DNA from: an uncultured Acetatifactor sp.
Lineage (GTDB): Bacteria > Bacillota > Clostridia > Lachnospirales > Lachnospiraceae
Assembly (NCBI GenBank): GCA_949840935.1
Contig: CATKXX010000007.1
Coordinates: 28,070-92,069, forward strand
Direction: 5' to 3'
DNA: 64,000 nt
The notes below the pieces were generated by a model, which was not told where the DNA came from, did not search any database, and worked only from the letters and a program-made list of their open reading frames with translations. A program made the position numbers and the translations under genes. Below, piece by piece: positions 58,593-64,000 of this stretch (within the stretch, counting starts at the first letter, position 1; every line of letters starts with the position of its first letter).

Positions 58593-61211
58593 TTGCCCAA
58601 CATTCAATATCATCTCTATTCCGTTGATACCGGACATTTTTACAGCAGCCGCGAGAAATATTTCTTTGACATGTACTGCAAATACCGCAGAGAATGCAAG
58701 GCAATGCAGGATACGTTTACCGGGCAGGAGTTAAAGCGGCTGTACGCCCATAAAAGAGGGAAAGCCAGGCAGGCAAGACAGCGTCTGGCCACGCTGCTTT
58801 CCAATAAGACCAGGCAGAATGAAATATCAGAAGGCAGGGATCATATCCGTACTCTCAGGGAGGAGCGTATACACGATACCAATATCATATCTGCATTTTC
58901 ATCCTCGCTGAGCAGGGCAATCGGCATAAAGCAGGACGAGCTGACAGGCGACCTGATCATAGTACAGATTTATCATTTTGAAATTTTTAAGGATATATCC
59001 TTTTACGGCTTTACCTTCCGAAAGGAGCAGTACAGGTATTTTACATCCTCGGCCGGGCAAATCCGCCACAAGAAAGCCGTCTTCCTGAAAGAGACTGTAT
59101 GGAACAGGCTCATGAAGACCATCCTGTGCGGCCTCACCGTGGACAAGATCAATGCCAGGGGCGGGAATAATGTGAACAAGCATCTGGCCTACATGGCCCT
59201 CACATGCACCGCAACAGAAGAATGGGATGGATTCGACATAGACCGGGCTATCGTCATAAATGACTTTGAGACAGATGTGTACGGTACCTTCGACTATGTG
59301 GATGAGACAGACTATACGGTCACAAGGAAGACAGGGTTTGTCCCTGTTCCCCACACAGACGGCGCAGGCATGATCCTGCCCTCCGTATCCGCCAAAAACT
59401 TTATGTTCCGCGCCCCCTGGATCAAGGGGCTGCTGGGAGTCTTTGATTTTCGGAAATTCGTGGAAGCAAACGGCTGCTCCCCGGTTATCACAGACATATA
59501 CGGAAAGGAGCATGACATCATCCGGGAAGACATCCAGATCATCTTCACCAAAAGCCAGTTTAAAATGCACAAATATTATGATTCCTGGGAGGAATACAGG
59601 GAGTGTTTCAAAAAATATCACTGCAGGGCCGGCAGGTGCAATATGGAGGAGGACAGAATCAAAAATGCCAGGTTGAATTACCAGATGCTGCAGACGCTCA
59701 CGGACATATCCGACGACGAGCTCGACCTGCTTACCCACAGATCCTCAGAGCGGATCCGAAAGCTCTGTTCTTCCAAAGACACCATGCTGGAAGCTCTCGG
59801 GATCACAGCCTATAACAGCGATATGAATCCCTTCCAGAAGGCTGTCAAAATATATCCCGCCCTGCTGAAGGATTCCTTCACCAAAGATCTGCTCCGCGAC
59901 ATCAAGAACAGCCTGGTCAGAAAATACCGCAGCGGGAAGCTGGAAGTGACCGGGAAATACACCTTCCTGCTCCCGGATTTTTACGCCGCCTGCGAATACT
60001 GGTTCGGCCATATTGAAAATCCCACGGGATTACTGAAGGATCAGGAGGTATACTGCCGGCTGTACCGGCAGTACGACAGGCTTGACTGCCTGAGAAGCCC
60101 CCATCTGTACAGGGAACATGCCATCCGGATAAATACTGCTGGCCCCGCCTGCAGCAGACGGGCCGATGAGATCGGTAAATGGTTTCCCACCAATGCCCTG
60201 TACACAAGCCCCCATGACCTGATCAGCAAGCTCCTCCAATTCGATGTGGACGGGGATAAATCCCTTGTGGTTGCGGATCCGGATTTTATCAGGCTGGCAG
60301 AGCGCAATATGAAAGATATCGTTCCCCTCTACTATAACATGCGCAAGGCTGAACCGACCCAGCTGAATGCCAGAACCATCCATGCCGGGCTGAAGCAGGC
60401 CTTCGCCTGTGGGAATATCGGGAAATACAGCAACGATATCTCCAAAATATGGAACCATGACTGCTTCATTAACGGTTCCGAACAGGAGAAAAAAGAAGCT
60501 GTGGATGTCATCAAGCTGCTGTGCATGGAAAATAATTTCTGCATCGATGCCGCCAAGACCCTGTATATGCCCAGACGCCCGGAATGGTTCCGGACGCTGG
60601 TATCAAAATACACCCGCTGCAGGCTCCCGGCTTTCTTTGAACACGCAAAGGATAAGGAAGCGTCACAGCTTGCAGAGCGTAACCAGAGCACAGTGAACCG
60701 GATATACAGCAGGATCCCCAACACGCCCGTCAGCACCCGCGGGACAGACCTGGAAAGCATCGATTACCGCAAAATGATGCGGGACAGCACCATAATATGC
60801 AGCCGGGAGACAGCCCGCCTGTACGACAGCCTGAACCGGCAATACCGCTATTCCATGAACATAAGGGAGGAATATACGGATAACCTCCATTATATCGCCT
60901 GTAAACTCCGCGCAGAATTTGCCCGTACCGGATACCCGGAACCGGTCATCACAGACATGCTGGTAGAATACTTATACGGCCGGAACAAGAGATACAAGCA
61001 GCTACTTTGGCTCTGTTACGGGCAGTACATCGTAAACAATCTGGAAAGAAATGTGGGGCTGCCCGGGACGAAATGCATTCAATGCCGGGACTGCGGGGAA
61101 TGGATTGAAATCAGCAGGACGGACAGGCGCACCTGCAGATGCGGCAGCTGCAGGGAACTCTACCGCAGGGAATACGAAAAAAATAAAAAGCGGCAGCAGA
61201 GGAACAAATGA
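58593..61211 (+). CDS. YonO-like single-subunit two-barrel RNA polymerase (cellular RdRP-like fold) with C-terminal zinc ribbon
   Basis: TTG start behind AAGGAGG; TDGAGMI, FRAPWIKG, LRSPHLY, catalytic QFDVDGDK (60243-60257); C-terminal CRDC...CRCGSC. Confidence 0.88.
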   Translation: MPNIQYHLYSVDTGHFYSSREKYFFDMYCKYRRECKAMQDTFTGQELKRLYAHKRGKARQARQRLATLLSNKTRQNEISEGRDHIRTLREERIHDTNIISAFSSSLSRAIGIKQDELTGDLIIVQIYHFEIFKDISFYGFTFRKEQYRYFTSSAGQIRHKKAVFLKETVWNRLMKTILCGLTVDKINARGGNNVNKHLAYMALTCTATEEWDGFDIDRAIVINDFETDVYGTFDYVDETDYTVTRKTGFVPVPHTDGAGMILPSVSAKNFMFRAPWIKGLLGVFDFRKFVEANGCSPVITDIYGKEHDIIREDIQIIFTKSQFKMHKYYDSWEEYRECFKKYHCRAGRCNMEEDRIKNARLNYQMLQTLTDISDDELDLLTHRSSERIRKLCSSKDTMLEALGITAYNSDMNPFQKAVKIYPALLKDSFTKDLLRDIKNSLVRKYRSGKLEVTGKYTFLLPDFYAACEYWFGHIENPTGLLKDQEVYCRLYRQYDRLDCLRSPHLYREHAIRINTAGPACSRRADEIGKWFPTNALYTSPHDLISKLLQFDVDGDKSLVVADPDFIRLAERNMKDIVPLYYNMRKAEPTQLNARTIHAGLKQAFACGNIGKYSNDISKIWNHDCFINGSEQEKKEAVDVIKLLCMENNFCIDAAKTLYMPRRPEWFRTLVSKYTRCRLPAFFEHAKDKEASQLAERNQSTVNRIYSRIPNTPVSTRGTDLESIDYRKMMRDSTIICSRETARLYDSLNRQYRYSMNIREEYTDNLHYIACKLRAEFARTGYPEPVITDMLVEYLYGRNKRYKQLLWLCYGQYIVNNLERNVGLPGTKCIQCRDCGEWIEISRTDRRTCRCGSCRELYRREYEKNKKRQQRNK

Positions 61212-61337
61212 CTGTCCCCATTTTACACAGTGGAAATTCAGCCGTTATCTGCGGGCGGAATATTCCCGCCCGGAGGGAAATGGCCGTAAATAACGGAAAA
61301 TGCTTTGTGCATATAGGGGAAGGAACGGAGGCGGGAA

Positions 61338-61646
61338 ATGAACATCACACAGGATATACTGATAAAGCAGATCGCGGACAGGGAAGACATCAATACCGCG
61401 ACAGTCCAGAGACTGTTTGCGGCGGCGGAAGACATTATCTTCGACTACTTATCTTCCACCGCCGCAGCCGAGGAAGTCACCATCAAACTCTTTAACGGCA
61501 TCCGGATCCGGCGCAGCTACATAAAGGAAAAGAAATACACCAAAGGAATGTTCCAGGATCTGGACTGCCCGGAACACGTCAACACAAAAGCTTCCCTGTC
61601 CAAACACTACAACGGGCAGGTAAACCGGAGGCTGTTCGGGCGGTAA
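61338..61646 (+). CDS. HU/IHF-like DNA-binding protein (YonN-like)
   Basis: 102 aa; ITQDILIKQIA helix, IIFDYL, TIKLFNGIRI beta arm; follows the RNAP as yonN follows yonO. Confidence 0.7.
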   Translation: MNITQDILIKQIADREDINTATVQRLFAAAEDIIFDYLSSTAAAEEVTIKLFNGIRIRRSYIKEKKYTKGMFQDLDCPEHVNTKASLSKHYNGQVNRRLFGR

Positions 61647-61673
61647 CGCCCTGCGATTCCGGAAAGCCAACCA

Positions 61674-61760
61674 GTCAACACCCCCTCTGCAAGCAACAGG
61701 GGTGTTGACCCTCGCGGCATTCGTCAAGATCCTTCGGACTTTGACTCATTGCCCGCGGGA
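61674..61760. repeat. Double-hairpin palindromic element (IS200/IS605-end or REP-like)
   Basis: 11-bp stem GTCAACACCCC/GGGGTGTTGAC around TGCAAGCA, then CGCGG..GTCAA..TCC-TTC-GGA..TTGAC..CCGCG. Confidence 0.6.
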
Positions 61761-61783
61761 ATCAACAGACAGGAGGAAAACAA

Positions 61784-62353
61784 ATGGACAACACAGTTTT
61801 TACAGATTCAAACGGGCATATTGTGAGAAATTCGCCCATGAAAGATGAACACCAGCTTATCAAGATCGCCGGGAAGGCTCCTGTGTTAAAAGACATAGGC
61901 AGGATTGTCTCCGGCGACACCAATTCAAACATCCTGACCTTTGAGATCAACCGCTACTACGACGGCGTGGATCTGTATACCAAGCTGATCAAGATCATCG
62001 TCAGCAATGAGCTCGGCATATTTACGGAGAACGCGGTGAACCTGCAGTACAACAGCGAGCTCCTGCGGTTCTCCTGGATCCTGTCCGATTCCGTCACCTG
62101 TAAGAGCGGCAATGTCACAGCCGCCATCGCATTCATCGGCGCGGAGGATGGATACAAGTACGCCCTGAAGACCCTGCCCTTCACCATAAGGGTCGAAGCC
62201 TCCCTGGACATGGACTTCGACCTGCCCGACGAGGAACCCGAACCTCCCTATAAGAACTGGTTCGTGGACGTGGAAAGCAGGCTGTTTGCGCTGGAGCAGA
62301 CCTTTATAGACTTCGAGGCCGCGCCCATCGACTTTTCAGAAGGGTGGATCTGA
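61784..62353 (+). CDS. BppU-like (baseplate upper protein N-terminal domain) phage protein
   Basis: RBS AGGAGG; GDTNSNILTFEINRYYDGVDL, FSWILSDSVT..SGNV, LKTLPFTIRV pattern of Firmicute BppU-type domains. Confidence 0.7.
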   Translation: MDNTVFTDSNGHIVRNSPMKDEHQLIKIAGKAPVLKDIGRIVSGDTNSNILTFEINRYYDGVDLYTKLIKIIVSNELGIFTENAVNLQYNSELLRFSWILSDSVTCKSGNVTAAIAFIGAEDGYKYALKTLPFTIRVEASLDMDFDLPDEEPEPPYKNWFVDVESRLFALEQTFIDFEAAPIDFSEGWI

Positions 62354-62387
62354 ACACATTTCATCATTGAGAAACGGAGGAAATCAC

Positions 62388-63728
62388 ATGGCAGACCGAC
62401 AGAAACCAATCGACAGAAAATATCTCATCTCTTCCTTAAAGGGATTTGACAGAAACGTGTTAAGCAAAAAATACCTGACCCCTACCCAGACCTTCTCACA
62501 GGCCGACACAAGGTCAAACATTGCAAGCGGGGAGACCGCATCCGTGATCTTCGGCAAGATCGGCAAATGGTTTTCCGACCTGAAGGCGGTGGCCTTCAGC
62601 GGGAAATTTACAGATCTGATCATCGAGGATTCCGGCAGAGGAGCCTGGAACCGGCTGGGACTCACAAAGCTCTACGGCTATGCGGATCCTCACGCTGTGG
62701 ACGGGGCCATGACCAACGCCCTGGCCACCTCCTTCTTCGACGCCTGCCTGAAACGGGACGCCGACAACACCCCCGCCGACGACGCCCTCTACTCCCTGGG
62801 TACACCCTCCATGCGCTGGAACCGTATCTGCGCCAGACGGGCTGAAGCCGATGAAATCTCCGGCGCCGACCACTCCGGCACACAGCTCCGGCTGGGAACC
62901 TCCGGGGATTTCGCTGAAGCAGGCGGCACCAACGTAGCACTCTACTTCAAGGACAATACCTTCGGCGCAGGCATCGGCAGAAGCCTCGAGGGGTATGACG
63001 GCCCGGACAGCCGCCGGATCACCAACCAGGTAGTGACCGGACATTACAACTCCTCCTGCGTCGGCGGCGACCCCGCAGGAGGGACCAACGGCGTGGCCTT
63101 CCTCATAGGAAACGGCACCGGGGAAAGACGTTCCAACGCCATGTATGTGGACTACGGCGGCAATTCCCACCTTGCCGGCGCTCAGTACGTAAACGGCGCG
63201 GATTACGCCGAATACCTGGAATGGAAGGACAGGAACACGGAACAGGAGGATCGTGTGGGCAGATTCGTCACACTCATCGGGGACAAAATCGCCATTGCCA
63301 GGAAAGGCGACTTCATCATCGGTATCGTCAGCGGTAACCCCTCCGTCATCGGCAACGATGACTTCCACACCTGGGCCGGAAGATACCTCCGGGACGACTT
63401 CGGACGGCTGATCCTGGGAGACGTCACCACATTGGAGCCCGGTACCGGCTCCGAAATCCGCCTCCATAACCAGCCCCAGAGCAACCCCCTGTACGACGAA
63501 AGCCTCACCTATCTCCCCAGAAGCAGAAGGCCCGAATGGGACGCCGTGGGGCTTGTGGGTGTAATGCGGGTATACGACGACGGCACCTGCAGGGAGGACG
63601 GCTTCTGCAAGGCAGCGGACTACGGCGCCGCCACCGCCGCCCTGCCCGGGGAAGGCTCCTTCCTGGCCCCCGTCTACAAGGTGATGAAACGGGTCTCAGA
63701 CAACATCATAGAAATCTTCTATAAATAA
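62388..63728 (+). CDS. Phage tail spike/fibre protein with C-terminal Peptidase_G2 intramolecular chaperone domain
   Basis: Fibre-type TRSNIASGE..IFGKIGKWFSDLKAVAFSG and SLGTPSMRW; C-terminal GADYAEYLEW, GIVSGNPSVIGN, RPEWDAVGLVG..RVYDDGTC. Confidence 0.85.
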   Translation: MADRQKPIDRKYLISSLKGFDRNVLSKKYLTPTQTFSQADTRSNIASGETASVIFGKIGKWFSDLKAVAFSGKFTDLIIEDSGRGAWNRLGLTKLYGYADPHAVDGAMTNALATSFFDACLKRDADNTPADDALYSLGTPSMRWNRICARRAEADEISGADHSGTQLRLGTSGDFAEAGGTNVALYFKDNTFGAGIGRSLEGYDGPDSRRITNQVVTGHYNSSCVGGDPAGGTNGVAFLIGNGTGERRSNAMYVDYGGNSHLAGAQYVNGADYAEYLEWKDRNTEQEDRVGRFVTLIGDKIAIARKGDFIIGIVSGNPSVIGNDDFHTWAGRYLRDDFGRLILGDVTTLEPGTGSEIRLHNQPQSNPLYDESLTYLPRSRRPEWDAVGLVGVMRVYDDGTCREDGFCKAADYGAATAALPGEGSFLAPVYKVMKRVSDNIIEIFYK

Positions 63729-63742
63729 CCGGAGGGAAAATA

Positions 63743-64000
63743 ATGAGCGCATATAACCGCGAAGTGATTCTTTCAAGAACGGTGACGGGCGACGAAACGG
63801 GATTGCTTGCCGCAATCCCCTTCCCCGTTTTTTACAAATATTCCGATCCCGTGAAAGGAACCATCGACCTGGAAACGGAACTCTTTAACCCCTCGGAGGG
63901 CGTCGGTGCGACGTTTCATTTCGGGCTGATCGATAAGACCTTCCTGCTGCTGGACGCCGCCGGCAATGTCCTGGGCCATGATGCGGATTTCCCGGTCATC
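63743..64000 (+). CDS. Hypothetical protein, N-terminal fragment (runs off window)
   Basis: GGAGG RBS, ATG 63743, 86 codons without stop (MSAYNREVILSRTVTGDETG...). Confidence 0.7.
   Translation, partial: MSAYNREVILSRTVTGDETGLLAAIPFPVFYKYSDPVKGTIDLETELFNPSEGVGATFHFGLIDKTFLLLDAAGNVLGHDADFPVI

Larger units (their letters stand above)
55980..64000. mobile_element. Phage-derived (SPbeta-like) YonO RNA polymerase module, apparently reduced; continues beyond window
   Basis: Sigma factor + DUF262 divergent from YonO-like RNAP, HU-like, BppU-like and tail-spike genes; no integrase or att site seen at the left edge. Confidence 0.75.

Noticed and set aside
58593-61211. RNA-virus or eukaryotic RNAi RdRP, or a reverse transcriptase
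   Set aside because: Motif is DxDGD (two-barrel), not GDD/YxDD palm; HU and tail-gene context fits YonO-type DNA-dependent RNAP.
61208-61495. 95-aa ORF overlapping RNAP stop and HU-like gene
   Set aside because: Overlaps the better-supported HU-like ORF in another frame and has no recognisable features, despite the ATGA overlap.

Overview
Chromosomal window from a fairly GC-rich, spore-forming Clostridia bacterium; gene content and order suggest Lachnospiraceae (inference). About 1-46 kb is mostly minus-strand core genome: sporulation genes (BofC-like, SpoVB-like, yqfC/yqfD), phoH-ybeY, pdp, gpsA-plsY-der, prs, a two-component system, ylxM-ffh-rpsP-khpA-rplS-lepB-rbgA-lepB-rnhB (rimM-trmD absent), a Bce-type ABC/TCS module, ilvA and plsX-acpP-rnc-smc-ftsY. 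About 46-56 kb is an accessory AlbA_2-MoxR-DUF58-VWA-ABC-ATPase block. The last 8 kb (55980-64000) is the standout: a compact phage-derived module. A consensus sigmaA promoter carrying two LexA (SOS) boxes drives a sigma-70-family factor plus a DUF262 protein. Divergently lie a small ORF, an intact SPbeta YonO-like single-subunit two-barrel RNA polymerase (DVDGD motif), an HU-like protein, and then directly a BppU-like baseplate protein and a tail-spike protein with a Peptidase_G2 chaperone domain. No integrase, CI repressor, replication or head/packaging genes are visible. It looks like a DNA-damage-inducible, possibly domesticated private transcription cascade; its right end lies outside the window. 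All family assignments are by motif recognition, not database search. No rRNA, tRNA or CRISPR array was seen.
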